Shown here piece by piece: positions 1 to 9,215 of a DNA stretch of 64,000 nucleotides. The position numbers and the translations under genes are program-made. The notes under the pieces were generated by a model. It had not been told where the DNA came from, did no database searches, and saw only the letters and a program-made list of their open reading frames with translations. The first letter of the stretch is position 1. Each line of letters opens with the position of its first letter. Source of the stretch: an uncultured delta proteobacterium (GTDB lineage Bacteria; Desulfobacterota; Binatia; Binatales; Binataceae); assembly GCA_963842085.1 (NCBI GenBank), contig CAWJET010000002.1:96001-160000 (forward strand), in the 5' to 3' direction.

Positions 1-170
1 AATCCCAGTTCTTCGGCGTACAGGTTCTCATCGATGTAGTAGTTATAGTCTTCGGCCGCCCGCTCGCGATCGAAGTAGCTATTCGAGACCGCGAAATGTC
101 CGCCGTTGCGCAGTATCACTTCCTCGGGAATCCAGCGCACGGGACGTTCGGTGAAATATCCAACTTTCAT
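1..170 (-). CDS. LLM-class flavin-dependent oxidoreductase (N-terminus; runs off window)
   Basis: Manual translation from ATG at 170: MKVGYFTERPVRWIPEEVILRNGGHFAVSNSYFDRERAAEDYNYYIDENLYAEELG, typical luciferase-like monooxygenase start; RBS-like GGAG upstream. Confidence 0.75.
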   Translation of the reverse strand, partial: MKVGYFTERPVRWIPEEVILRNGGHFAVSNSYFDRERAAEDYNYYIDENLYAEELG

Positions 171-181
171 GATGACTCCTA

Positions 182-266
182 TCCCCTCTCCCGGTAAGGG
201 AGAGGATGAAGGTGAGGGTCCTTATGCAGCGCGCTCCTTTGCGCGCGATTCGAGATTCTGGTTCTG
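182..266 (+). repeat. REP-like repeat family A (CCCTCTCCC-N-GGGAGAGG hairpin + GGTGAGGGTCC + GCGCGC arm)
   Basis: Near-identical copies at 8529-8615(-), 8730-8808(+), 9216-9397(-), 19227-19335(-), 53442-53525(-). Confidence 0.85.
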
Positions 267-301
267 CCTGAATCTGTCCCGCCGAGGTTGTTGCAAAGCT
301 C

Positions 302-1087
302 TCATCCGTTCAGGAAGCGACTGACTACTCGCACGAACTCGGTCGAGTTTTCAATTTCGGGCCGATGGCCGGCGTTTTCGATCGTCGCGACGTGCGCTCC
401 CGCTATCGCCCGCTGGTACGCGTCGATGCATCCGCGAGGCACGACGCGGTCGCGCGTTCCCCACACCAGCAAAGTGGGCGTTGTGGTCCCGCGCAACAGG
501 TACGGCAGCGCCGGATTGTGCATGTAAGGCTCCCATCCGATTCGCGCCGTCTCCGCGCGCGCGTCCTCGAACGCTTCGAATTGCTCGGGCGTCATCTCGC
601 CGCCGTACAATTTCAGAAACTCGGGCGTGCCTGCCGGATCGGATACCGTCGCCCGCAAATGCGTGCGCATGGTGATCGGAAAGATATCCATGATCTCGCC
701 CTCGGCCGGCTTAATCCCCATGGGCGCGACCAGGATCATCTTCGAAAAAATTCGTGGATCAGCCGCAACCATCTCAGCCGCAATAAACCCGCCCGCCGAA
801 TACCCGATGACATCGACCGGATCGAGCTTCAACTCCCTCACCACCTGCGAATAGAAGCCTGCCAGGTCGCGGTAAGTGCGCACCCATTCAAGCCGCGGCG
901 TCTTGCCGAAACCCGGTTGCAACGGGATGAGCAGCGTGCGCTCGTGCGCGAGCGTCTCGTTCCACGTCATCCAGCCGGGATACCCAAGCTCGTCGTGAAA
1001 AATCAGGAGCGGCTTGCCCGTCCCCGCCTTGAGCATAACCAACGTCTCGCCCGCAACGTTCAATGTCTCTTCCGACGCCTTAATCAC
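302..1087 (-). CDS. alpha/beta fold hydrolase
   Basis: GYSAGG nucleophile elbow, C-terminal GHRPEIE, 261 aa. Confidence 0.9.
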   Translation of the reverse strand: MIKASEETLNVAGETLVMLKAGTGKPLLIFHDELGYPGWMTWNETLAHERTLLIPLQPGFGKTPRLEWVRTYRDLAGFYSQVVRELKLDPVDVIGYSAGGFIAAEMVAADPRIFSKMILVAPMGIKPAEGEIMDIFPITMRTHLRATVSDPAGTPEFLKLYGGEMTPEQFEAFEDARAETARIGWEPYMHNPALPYLLRGTTTPTLLVWGTRDRVVPRGCIDAYQRAIAGAHVATIENAGHRPEIENSTEFVRVVSRFLNG

Positions 1088-1180
1088 ATCATCTCTCCTG
1101 GCAACTCACCCCGCTAAGAATGGTTCTGCTAAACGGAGATCGCGCTCAACTCTTTGCCTCCAGTTCCCCTTCCCGTTTCC

Positions 1181-1260
1181 GTCATCCTGACGACCCGAGC
1201 AACGCGAGGGGAGGAAGGATCTCGGACAGCTTCGCGCCACGCGAAGCCGGTTCCGGTCTC
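1181..1260 (+). repeat. REP-like repeat family C (GTCATCCTGAC...GAAGGATCTCGGACAGCTTCG...CGAAGCCGG)
   Basis: Copies at 20324-20405(-) and 53549-53628(+); followed here by a partial family A arm (1262-1296). Confidence 0.8.
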
Positions 1261-1376
1261 TTAATCGCGCGCCCCGCGCGCGATTCAAGATTCTGTCTCC
1301 GCCCCTGAACCCCCGCGGAGGTTATGCAACGGCCCCACTCGAATTGGATACCGCAGTGCGTATCACCTGTACAAAC

Positions 1377-2954
1377 CTACCAGCTATCGATGTAGCGATG
1401 TTTCTTGTCGGTGCGCGGCTCCGGCGGCGCGCTCGCCTTCAATCCCGCCGCGATCCATCTTCGCGAATCGGCAGGATCGATCACGTCGTCGACTCCGAAA
1501 TGCGACGCGTTGTTAATCGCTTTCCCGCGCTGATACATCGTCGCGACCATCTCGTCGAAACGCTTCCTGCGCGCCGCGGAATCGCTGATCGCTGCGAGTT
1601 CGTTGCGGTAGCCCAGCTTCACCGCGCCCTCGAGTCCCATCGGCCCGAACTCGCCCGTCGGCCACGCCACCGTGAATAGCGGCGCGTCGTAACTCCCGCC
1701 GGCCATCGCGATCCCGCCGAGTCCGTACGCCTTGCGCAGCACGATCGTAAAAAACGGGACGCTCGCATTCGCCGCCGCCAGAAACATCCGCGACGAGTGC
1801 CGCACCAGCGCTGTCTTCTCGACTTCCGGGCCGACCATGATTCCGGGAGTGTCGCACAAAAACAAGATCGGAATGTCGAACGCATCGCACAACTGGACGA
1901 AGCGCGCGCCCTTGTCGGCCCCGTCGCTGTCGATCGCTCCCGCCAGATGCCTGGGATTGTTAGCCACCACGCCGAACGGATGCCCCTCGATCCTGATAAA
2001 CGCCGCGATCATCGTCGGGCCGAAGTCGCGCCGAATCTCGAGCACCGACCCCGTATCCGCCATCGTCTCGATAATCGTCCGCACGTCGTAAACGCGCAGC
2101 CGGTTCTCGGGGATGATGCTGCGCAGCAAACGCTGGTCCGCGCACGTCCACTCGCTCACCGCGCCCTGGAAGTACGAGAGATATTTACGCGCCACCTGCA
2201 CCGCTTCCGACTCGTCGGCGACCGCAATATCGACGACGCCGTTGGGCACCTGCACCTCCATCGGCCCGATCTCGTCGGGACGGAAAATGCCCAGGCCGCC
2301 GCCCTCGATCATCGCGGGACCGCCCATCCCGATGTTCGAGCGCGCCGTCGCGATTACCACGTCGCAGCATCCCAGCAACGACGCGTTGCCCGCGAAGCAC
2401 CGGCCCGACGTGATGCCGACCAGCGGCACCAGCCCGCTCAACTTCGGAAAATCGTGGAACGATCGCGAATTGTGAAAGCCGCCGTCAGTGTCGCCCGGCC
2501 GCCCGCCGCCGCCTTCGGCGAACAGCACCAGCGGCAATCGCAGCTCCCGCGCGATCTGGAACATCCGATCTTTTTTGCGATGGTTCTGATGCCCCTGCGT
2601 GCCGGCCAGCACCGTGTAGTCATACGACATCACGACGCAGCGCGCCTTCTCGGCGCCGAACAAATTTCCATTGACCGTCGCGAGCCCCGTGACCAGCCCG
2701 TCGGCGGGCGTATTCCGGATCAGGTCGTCCATTTCGCGCCGCCGGCGCTGCGCGGCCACGACGATCGGCCCGTACTCGACGAACGTGCCCGGATCGCACA
2801 ACTCGTCGATATTCTCGCGCGCCGTGCGCTGCCCCGTCTTGCGCCGCCGCGCCACTGCGTCGGGACGCGCCGCGTCGAGCCCGACCTCGTGCCGCTCGAG
2901 GACCTCCGCCAGATCGGCCCGCACAGTCTCACGGTCCTTGGTTCGCAACCTCAT
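1377..2954 (-). CDS. acyl-CoA carboxylase, carboxyltransferase subunit
   Basis: YDYTVLAGTQG, GGGGRPGD, CDTPGIMVGP, LRKAYG motifs of the carboxyl_trans family. Confidence 0.92.
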   Translation of the reverse strand: MRLRTKDRETVRADLAEVLERHEVGLDAARPDAVARRRKTGQRTARENIDELCDPGTFVEYGPIVVAAQRRRREMDDLIRNTPADGLVTGLATVNGNLFGAEKARCVVMSYDYTVLAGTQGHQNHRKKDRMFQIARELRLPLVLFAEGGGGRPGDTDGGFHNSRSFHDFPKLSGLVPLVGITSGRCFAGNASLLGCCDVVIATARSNIGMGGPAMIEGGGLGIFRPDEIGPMEVQVPNGVVDIAVADESEAVQVARKYLSYFQGAVSEWTCADQRLLRSIIPENRLRVYDVRTIIETMADTGSVLEIRRDFGPTMIAAFIRIEGHPFGVVANNPRHLAGAIDSDGADKGARFVQLCDAFDIPILFLCDTPGIMVGPEVEKTALVRHSSRMFLAAANASVPFFTIVLRKAYGLGGIAMAGGSYDAPLFTVAWPTGEFGPMGLEGAVKLGYRNELAAISDSAARRKRFDEMVATMYQRGKAINNASHFGVDDVIDPADSRRWIAAGLKASAPPEPRTDKKHRYIDSW

Positions 2955-3019
2955 GCTCGCAGCATAGTCCGGAACCGCGAAAAGAGAAAAACTCCGCCGC
3001 CGATACTAATTGCCGCGAT

Positions 3020-3685
3020 TCACACGCGCCCGCCAATCCAGATCACTCGCCCGATGATTTTCACGTTGGATACCACCATCGCCTCGTATTTCGGATTGTC
3101 GCTGCGCACCAGCACCTTCCCGTCTGGACGCCGCTGGACTCGCTTCACCGTAAGCCCGCCGTCATGCCGCAACAGGTAAATCCCGTCCTGCCGAAAGCGC
3201 GGCTCCGCCAGATTGGCCAGGATCAAGTCCGAATCCTTCACCGTCGGTGCCATCGAATCGCCCGCCGCCTCGATCAGGATCAGGTCGCGCGGCTCCGCAT
3301 TGAGCGTCTGCTTGACCCACGCCGCACGAAACGCGATCGAATCGACCACCTGCTCGCTGCTCAGTGTCCCGTCGCGCCCGCCCGAGAATCGGATCCGGTT
3401 GCGCGGCATGAAGATGAAGTCGCCATGCTCCCGCGCGCGCGCGCCCGCCCGCGAACTCGGCGACGCCTCGGCCCCCGTCGCCAGCCACTCCACCGTCACC
3501 CGCCCCGCTCGCGCCAGCGCCACCAGGTTCGCCACGCTCGGTTGCCCCCGCCCCGACAGCCATTTGTAGATCGCGTTGTCCGACACTCCCACCGCCGCCG
3601 CCAGCGCGGCCACCGCGCCGTACGCGTGGATCACCTGGGTCAGGCGGGAGCGGAAAGCTGCTTCGTCAACTACTGTAGTTGACAT
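3020..3685 (-). CDS. phage-type repressor, HTH + peptidase S24 (cI/LexA-like)
   Basis: N-terminal HTH (VGVSDNAIYKWLSG), GDSMAP catalytic Ser motif, TVKR Lys motif, SDNPKY; RBS GGAGG. Confidence 0.92.
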   Translation of the reverse strand: MSTTVVDEAAFRSRLTQVIHAYGAVAALAAAVGVSDNAIYKWLSGRGQPSVANLVALARAGRVTVEWLATGAEASPSSRAGARAREHGDFIFMPRNRIRFSGGRDGTLSSEQVVDSIAFRAAWVKQTLNAEPRDLILIEAAGDSMAPTVKDSDLILANLAEPRFRQDGIYLLRHDGGLTVKRVQRRPDGKVLVRSDNPKYEAMVVSNVKIIGRVIWIGGRV

Positions 3686-3709
3686 AAACCTCCTAGTGTG
3701 TAATAAAAT
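3665..3709 (+). promoter_or_regulatory. candidate operator palindrome overlapping a rightward -35 box
   Basis: GTCAACTAC-T-GTAGTTGAC (3665-3683) overlaps TTGACA (3679-3684); TAATAA/TAAAAT at 3701-3709. Confidence 0.5.
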
Positions 3710-4006
3710 TCATAAAGCGCATGATCCTGCCACCAGCAAATCACGCCCAACTCAAACCAAAGCCCCCGCCACCCCCGCGAGCGCTCTCGCGCTCCTGCCG
3801 TCTCCGCGCCATCCCTCTCTCCGCCCATCCCCCAACGCTCGCCGACGATCGATCTTACCGCCTATACATTTTTAAACTAGTTCGCGCCCTCGCGCCCGTG
3901 GTGCCGATGACGCTTCCTTTCGCTTTGACTGTCCCTTCCGCTCAAGGCCCGCTCGTTCCCTTCATTTCAAATTGTCCGATGCCGGATCAACTCGCGTGGA
4001 GGATTT

Positions 4007-4228
4007 ATGGAACCCGCGAACTCTCTGGTTCGTCCCACCGTCTTTAGTCGCGCCGCCGACTGTATGTGGTGTCATGAAACCACTACCCACGCCGACGTAA
4101 CCCGCCACCACGGCCTGTGCCGCAACTGCGTCCACGACAATGTCGAAATCAGTTGGCGCCTGGTTTACGACCGCGATCGCAACATCGGCTCGATTCCTTC
4201 CAATCTTCGGCTTGCGTACGGCTTATGA
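4007..4228 (+). CDS. small CxxC...CxxC zinc-binding protein
   Basis: GGAGG RBS; CMWC and CRNC pairs; ATGA overlap with the next gene. Confidence 0.6.
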   Translation: MEPANSLVRPTVFSRAADCMWCHETTTHADVTRHHGLCRNCVHDNVEISWRLVYDRDRNIGSIPSNLRLAYGL

Positions 4229-4722
4229 ACGCCGCCTTCAGCCGGATGCCCGCGCTCGACCGCGCTCCGTCGCCGCGCTTCAGTCCGTTCGCGCCCGTCG
4301 CGCGCGCCACGCTTTACGATCAGATCGGCCATTCGATCGGTGACGACGCCGCCGACAAGCTAATCGCGGATTTCGGCGGTCGCCGCCTGTATATCCCGAT
4401 GGCGCCCGCGCCCGGCGATTCGATCGCGCGCTCGATTGGACTGGCGGCGGCGCGGGCGATGGCGCGCGCGTTCGGTGGCGATCGCATCCTGGTTCCGATC
4501 ACCAGCAAATTTAACCGCCGGCGCGTGCGAATCGTCGCGATGCGCGCCGACCACGTCAGCGTCTCGCGCATCGCGCACGAACTCCGCTGCACCGAGCGCT
4601 ACGTGTACAAGGTGCTTGCGCTGAACCGCGCGCCCGATCCGCCCGCCGCCAACCCCGTTGCGCCAACGTCCGCGCCGCTCGCCGAGCGATTGAAACGTGG
4701 ACGGATCAATCAGCGCTCCTGA
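4225..4722 (+). CDS. Mor/C-family transcriptional activator (Mu-like late activator)
   Basis: ADFGGRRLYIP and AFGGDRILVP motifs, C-terminal HTH (SVSRIAHELRCTERYVYKVL); start taken at ATG 4225. Confidence 0.8.
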   Translation: MNAAFSRMPALDRAPSPRFSPFAPVARATLYDQIGHSIGDDAADKLIADFGGRRLYIPMAPAPGDSIARSIGLAAARAMARAFGGDRILVPITSKFNRRRVRIVAMRADHVSVSRIAHELRCTERYVYKVLALNRAPDPPAANPVAPTSAPLAERLKRGRINQRS

Positions 4723-5227
4723 CGCCTACACCCCCGAATTCCTGACCGCGGTCCAGCGCGTGCTCGCCAACGAGGGCGGCTATTCGTCGAATCCGGCCGA
4801 CCCCGGCGGCGCCACCAAGTTCGGAATTTCGGCGCGCGCGCATCCCGGACTCGACATCGCGACGCTCACGCGCGAGGCGGCGGTGGAAATCTACTGGCGC
4901 GAATGGTGGCTGCGCTTCGGCTTTGCGCAATTGCCGGCCGCGACCGCCGCCAAGACCTTCGATCTCGCCGTCAACATCGGCGCCGTCCATGCGATCCAAT
5001 GTCTTCAACGCGCGCTGCGCGCGTGCGGCGTGCCGGTCGCGGAAGACGGCGTGCTCGGCCCGGCCACCGCGCTCGCAGCCGGGCGCGCCGACTCCGCCGC
5101 GCTGACCGCTGCGCTGCGCTCCGAGGCCGCCGGCTATTACCGCGTGACCGCCGCGCTCGCCCGCGGCCAACGCAGGGACGACGACCGCGAATTTCTCAAG
5201 GGATGGCTGAACCGCGCGTACGCGTGA
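4697..5227 (+). CDS. glycoside hydrolase family 108 endolysin with PG-binding domain
   Basis: EGGYSSNPADPGGATKFGI, DGVLGPAT, FLKGWLNR. Confidence 0.92.
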   Translation: MDGSISAPDAYTPEFLTAVQRVLANEGGYSSNPADPGGATKFGISARAHPGLDIATLTREAAVEIYWREWWLRFGFAQLPAATAAKTFDLAVNIGAVHAIQCLQRALRACGVPVAEDGVLGPATALAAGRADSAALTAALRSEAAGYYRVTAALARGQRRDDDREFLKGWLNRAYA

Positions 5228-5280
5228 CCGAGCTTTTGGTTTTTCACGCCCGCGCCAGAGGCCGTGCAGGAAATGAAAAA

Positions 5281-5538
5281 GTGAAAAAGGCATTTCACAA
5301 ATCCAAGGCGTTTTACGGCTGCGTCAGCACGCTCGTTCTGATCGCCGGCGACATCGCGGCCAACGGCGCGACGCTCGGCAACATGACCGCGCTGCTGACT
5401 GCCGGACTTGCGCTGTACGGCCGGATCGTCGCGACCGCGCCGCTCGGCGTGAGCGACCAATCCGAGGCCGACGTCGAGGATGCAAAAGCAGATGTTCGAA
5501 GAAGCAAGATTTCTGTCGACGCGGACCATGGCAATTAG
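5281..5538 (+). CDS. putative holin
   Basis: GTG start; KAFHKSKAFYG followed by two hydrophobic segments ending LALYGRIVA and a charged tail; directly after the endolysin. Confidence 0.6.
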   Translation: MKKAFHKSKAFYGCVSTLVLIAGDIAANGATLGNMTALLTAGLALYGRIVATAPLGVSDQSEADVEDAKADVRRSKISVDADHGN

Positions 5539-5929
5539 CCGCTTTACTGCGGTGCAGGGCTTGGCCCTGCCGCGGAAGGGCGAAATCCGCGCAGGGTTTC
5601 GCGCATTTGGCTTTGTGCTTCTGTCCGCTTGCCTGTTTGCGGCGTGCGCGCCGACGTACGCGCCGCATATCGACGCGCCCGCGATGCCTGCATTGGATTC
5701 GGCCCAGCGCGCGACCCGATGCGCCGGCGCTGAAAAAATCGCGCCGCTCGATCCGCCCCCGCAGTTGCCGGACGCGGAGCAAGCGCCGTGTCCGCGCGGC
5801 TCGGGGCTGGCGGCGTGCTTCACGGCGGACCAGGACGCCGTCCGCCAGCAGCGTTTCAAAATTCTTCACGACGATCGCGACTATTGCCGCGACGCGTATA
5901 ACCGGGCGGTGAACCGTGTCTTTCAGTAA
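5528..5929 (+). CDS. Pro/Cys-rich lipoprotein, possibly spanin-like
   Basis: Lipobox LFAAC, Pro-rich middle, position in the lysis cassette; start uncertain. Confidence 0.55.
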   Translation: MAISRFTAVQGLALPRKGEIRAGFRAFGFVLLSACLFAACAPTYAPHIDAPAMPALDSAQRATRCAGAEKIAPLDPPPQLPDAEQAPCPRGSGLAACFTADQDAVRQQRFKILHDDRDYCRDAYNRAVNRVFQ

Positions 5930-6254
5930 AGGGTTTCACGCATCGTTGTTGCTGCTTGCGCTGGCGGCGCTGACGGCCTCGGCGGGATGCGCGCAGGTGC
6001 ACGAGAAGATGTTTACGCTCGACTGCGCGGCCGGCCGCGCGCCGCTGCCGGGCGAGCTGGCGCCGGGCACTGCGATGGCGCTTGACGTTTCGACCAGTCC
6101 GATCCCGCTGCTCTTTCCGCCCCATCGCGCGATCGCGCGATGCGACAACGCGGGCGTGGTGGCGATGAATATCGAGGAGCCGGTGGACACCGGGCTGAAC
6201 CAGCTATCGACGCCGCTCAGCACCGCTGCCAGCCATGTGACGTACGCGCCGTGA
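5916..6254 (+). CDS. lipoprotein of unknown function
   Basis: Signal peptide with SAGC lipobox; overlaps previous gene. Confidence 0.6.
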   Translation: MSFSKGFHASLLLLALAALTASAGCAQVHEKMFTLDCAAGRAPLPGELAPGTAMALDVSTSPIPLLFPPHRAIARCDNAGVVAMNIEEPVDTGLNQLSTPLSTAASHVTYAP

Positions 6255-6312
6255 TGAAAACAAGTTACGCGGCAATTTCGCCGCCTCAAAAAAGAGAGAG
6301 GAGATACTCGCT

Positions 6313-6816
6313 ATGAGTTCGAAGCCTGGAAAATTGGCTCGCCTGTTTTCCCTGATGCTTTGCGCGCTCGCGTCCGTGTTAGCTGGATGCGGCGCGCCGC
6401 TGCAGGCGCAGCAAGGTGGCGGCTTGAAGGAGCCGACCATCCAGAGCCAGCTCGGCCATAACAATATCGTGCCGTCGGCTCCCGCGCTTACCCTGCAAAC
6501 GACCAATTTCTGCAACGCGCAAGCGCAAGTGGACTACGGCTACGCGGTATTGTTCTGCGAGAACAAGCTGGCTTCGCTGCCGGTCTCCTTCACCACCACC
6601 TACGGAGCGCAGGTGAACGCCGACTGGTGCTACACGAACCAGTACACCAACGCCAGCGGCCAGCTCTCCGTGCCCAAGGACGCTGCCGGCAATCCTATAA
6701 TTCCGACCCTGGGCAATTGTCCTTCCGGCACCGCACCCGCACCGGTGACCGCGCCGTCGGGAGCATCGGCAACCAAAACTTCCGCGCTCGCGCGCAACCT
6801 CGGCGCGCGCGCTTAA
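6313..6816 (+). CDS. lipoprotein of unknown function
   Basis: GAGGAG RBS; LAGC lipobox; four further Cys in the mature part. Confidence 0.7.
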   Translation: MSSKPGKLARLFSLMLCALASVLAGCGAPLQAQQGGGLKEPTIQSQLGHNNIVPSAPALTLQTTNFCNAQAQVDYGYAVLFCENKLASLPVSFTTTYGAQVNADWCYTNQYTNASGQLSVPKDAAGNPIIPTLGNCPSGTAPAPVTAPSGASATKTSALARNLGARA

Positions 6817-6827
6817 TCCTGAAAAAA

Positions 6828-7265
6828 ATGGGCAGCACTGCAGCATTGGCTATCGTCTCAAAGCTCGCGCCGCTCATCATCGACGCGATGGCGCCGGAGG
6901 TTCAGAGCCTTCTCAAGTCGCTGCCGGGCGGACTGCTCAAGCTCGCGCCGCCGCCGCTGGACGTCGAAGTCGCAGTCGCCGCCAATATCGCCAAAGCGAT
7001 GCCGGCGGTCACCGCCGCGACGCTCGCCACGCTCAGGAACAAGATCGGCGCCGCGGTTGCGATCTATGCGACGGAGCATCCGGGCGACAACCTGGAGTCG
7101 CAAGCCTGCTGGGTTGACATCGCGGCCGCGGCCAGCGCCGGAATTGCGGCCGAAGGACTCGAGCCGGCGCAAATCCCCAGCAGCACTTACTGGCAGATGA
7201 TTCTTTCCGGCCTCGAGCTGTACCGCGCCGGCCTCGGCGCCCGCGCGCTGACGGTGGCCGCGTGA
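6828..7265 (+). CDS. hypothetical protein in phage late operon
   Basis: ATG 6828 in ORF 6627..7265; co-oriented and tightly packed. Confidence 0.6.
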   Translation: MGSTAALAIVSKLAPLIIDAMAPEVQSLLKSLPGGLLKLAPPPLDVEVAVAANIAKAMPAVTAATLATLRNKIGAAVAIYATEHPGDNLESQACWVDIAAAASAGIAAEGLEPAQIPSSTYWQMILSGLELYRAGLGARALTVAA

Positions 7266-7279
7266 AAGGGGCGGCCTGA

Positions 7280-7582
7280 GTGGGATTGGGCGACGCCGCG
7301 GGATGGGCCGCCGCACTGATCGCGTTGGTCGCGGTCAACGCCAGCACCATTCAATGGCTGCTGAAGCGGCGCGACGAACAGCATCAGCGCGACTCCGGCC
7401 GGACCGACAATCTGGAAGACGAGTTTACCGATATGCGCGTGAATCTGCCGCTGGAGTACGTGCGGCGCGAGGACTGGATCAGGTTCAGCGGGACGCTCGA
7501 CGCCAAGCTGGACGCGATGCGCGAAGAAATGCGCGAAGAAATCGCAGAGGTAAAGGAAAGGCTCTATGCCGGACGGAATTGA
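7280..7582 (+). CDS. Mu gp25-like membrane-anchored coiled-coil protein
   Basis: N-terminal TM and LPLEYVRREDWIR motif; position before gp26/gp27-like genes. Confidence 0.65.
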   Translation: MGLGDAAGWAAALIALVAVNASTIQWLLKRRDEQHQRDSGRTDNLEDEFTDMRVNLPLEYVRREDWIRFSGTLDAKLDAMREEMREEIAEVKERLYAGRN

Positions 7583-7880
7583 TCTCGAACAGAAGAATCG
7601 CGAGGAAGCGCGCTGGCGGATGCTGCGGGTGGTCGATGCGGGACGGCCGATAGCGGTCTCCGAGCAGATAATCTGGCGCGTGCTCGCCGATATCAAGCTT
7701 GCGCTGTCGCTCAACGCCGTGCGTCGCGAACTCGTTTACCTGCGCGACCTGGGCTTGCTCGAACTCGAATGCGAGGACACGGAAACCTGGTTCGCGAAAC
7801 TCACGGCCAACGGCGTCGACGTGGTCGAGTACAACTTTCCGTCACCCGCCGGAGTCGCGCGCCCGCGCAAGTACTGGTGA
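7566..7880 (+). CDS. Mu gp26-like winged-helix protein
   Basis: RWRMLRVVDAGRP...RRELVYL...LTANGVDVV...GVARP pattern. Confidence 0.75.
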   Translation: MPDGIDLEQKNREEARWRMLRVVDAGRPIAVSEQIIWRVLADIKLALSLNAVRRELVYLRDLGLLELECEDTETWFAKLTANGVDVVEYNFPSPAGVARPRKYW

Positions 7881-7888
7881 GCGGCGGG

Positions 7889-8503
7889 ATGAAGGGAGAA
7901 AAGGGCGCGAAGAAAAGCGACCCCGGCGGCAAACCGAAACGAGTGCCGTATCGGCCGGTGCCGGCCAGGACCTGGAAGATCAAGCGGATGCCCAGGGATT
8001 TGAAGGAGCAGCTCGATAAGCTGCTCAGCGAAAGCAAGATGCATACCTCGCGGCAACTGAGTAAATGGCTGGGCGACAATGGCTTCGAGATCTCTCACCG
8101 CTGCATCGACGAATACCGGCACAACTTCGAGCGCCGCCTCGACGCGGTCCGGATGGCCACCGAGCGGGCGCGAATCGTCTGCGAGCAATTCAAAGATGAT
8201 GACACGCAAATGCAGAGCGCGCTGATGAGGCTGGTGCAAACCCGCCTGTTCGAAGTTTTGGTCGTCGCTAACGAAAAAGAAACTAACCGCAGGAAACGGA
8301 CCAGCCCGGTCGCCGCCGTGAATATCGCAGCGCTCGCGCGCACCGTGTCGGGCCTGGTGAAGGCGGAATCCGACCATCAGAAGTGGGCCGAGCGCATGCG
8401 CGCGGGAGTGGCGGCGGTGGGGAAGAAGATCGAGGAGGCACGGGCGAAGGGGCTGAGCAAGGACGCGGCGGATCAGATCAAGGCAGTGCTGCTGGAGATT
8501 TAG
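7889..8503 (+). CDS. Mu gp27-like (DUF3486) terminase small subunit
   Basis: KIKRMP...LSKWLGDNGFEISHRCIDEY, C-terminal GLSKDAADQIKAVLLEI; start at ATG 7889. Confidence 0.8.
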   Translation: MKGEKGAKKSDPGGKPKRVPYRPVPARTWKIKRMPRDLKEQLDKLLSESKMHTSRQLSKWLGDNGFEISHRCIDEYRHNFERRLDAVRMATERARIVCEQFKDDDTQMQSALMRLVQTRLFEVLVVANEKETNRRKRTSPVAAVNIAALARTVSGLVKAESDHQKWAERMRAGVAAVGKKIEEARAKGLSKDAADQIKAVLLEI

Positions 8504-8528
8504 CGGAGTGAGTTGTTTTCAGAAGGAA

Positions 8529-8808
8529 AGAATCCTGAATCGCGCGCTGAAAAAAGCGCGCTGGAAGCGGACCCTCACCTTCATCCTCTCCCTTGCAGGG
8601 AGAGGAGACAGAAGGACAGCCAGAAAACTTCGTCGATATCGGCGAGCGCCTGGTTGTTTGCAGTTGATTGTTCTGTATCTGTTTCCTCTCCGTTTAGAGA
8701 GAGCTTTGCCCAACCTGGCGCGCAGTTCTTCCCCTCTCCCTGCAAGGGAGAGGATGAAGGTGAGGGTCCTTATACAGCGCGCATTTTTCGCGCGCGAGTC
8801 ACGATTCC
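8529..8808. repeat. inverted pair of family A repeats (REPIN-like)
   Basis: 8529-8615 and 8730-8808 are reverse-complement copies around a ~115-bp spacer. Confidence 0.85.
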
Positions 8809-8816
8809 TTCCTTCT

Positions 8817-9173
8817 TTAATCTGCCTTCGAACCGCTGAGAAACCGGGCAATTGCGGCCAGAACTTCCTCAACATTCTCGAGCACTTGGTTGTTCCAGAA
8901 TCGAAGGACCCGGTAGCCCCGCGAACTCAGAAACAAGGTCCGGCTTTCGTCTTCCTGCGATCGCTCTGCATGTTGCGCGCCGTCGAGTTCGATGATGAGC
9001 CGCCGTTCAATCGAACAGAAGTCAGCGAAGTACGGCCCAATCGGGAACTGACGGCGAAACTTGGCGTCGCGCATCTGGCGGTCTCGCAGATGATGCCAGA
9101 GTATCCGTTCCGCGTCAGTTTGTTCGCGACGCAGCCGCCGCGCATTCTGCTGGGGCGATACGATCAAGGTCAT
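8817..9173 (-). CDS. DUF559 (Vsr-like) endonuclease
   Basis: ARRLRREQTDAERILW, KFRRQFPIGPYFADF, IELDGAQH, GYRVLRFWNNQV. Confidence 0.92.
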   Translation of the reverse strand: MTLIVSPQQNARRLRREQTDAERILWHHLRDRQMRDAKFRRQFPIGPYFADFCSIERRLIIELDGAQHAERSQEDESRTLFLSSRGYRVLRFWNNQVLENVEEVLAAIARFLSGSKAD

Positions 9174-9215
9174 CGTGAAAAATTGTTGCAATTTTGAAAC
9201 GAAAAACAAGATACG

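Noticed and set aside
2955-3019. Mu left end / att site (also checked 36294-36310)
   Set aside because: No repeated transposase-binding sites, matching TG...CA ends with 5-bp duplication, tRNA or integrase could be identified
8508-9197. Several ORFs spanning 8508-9414 (e.g. 229 aa on +)
   Set aside because: They are translations of family A repeats and the DUF559 antisense strand
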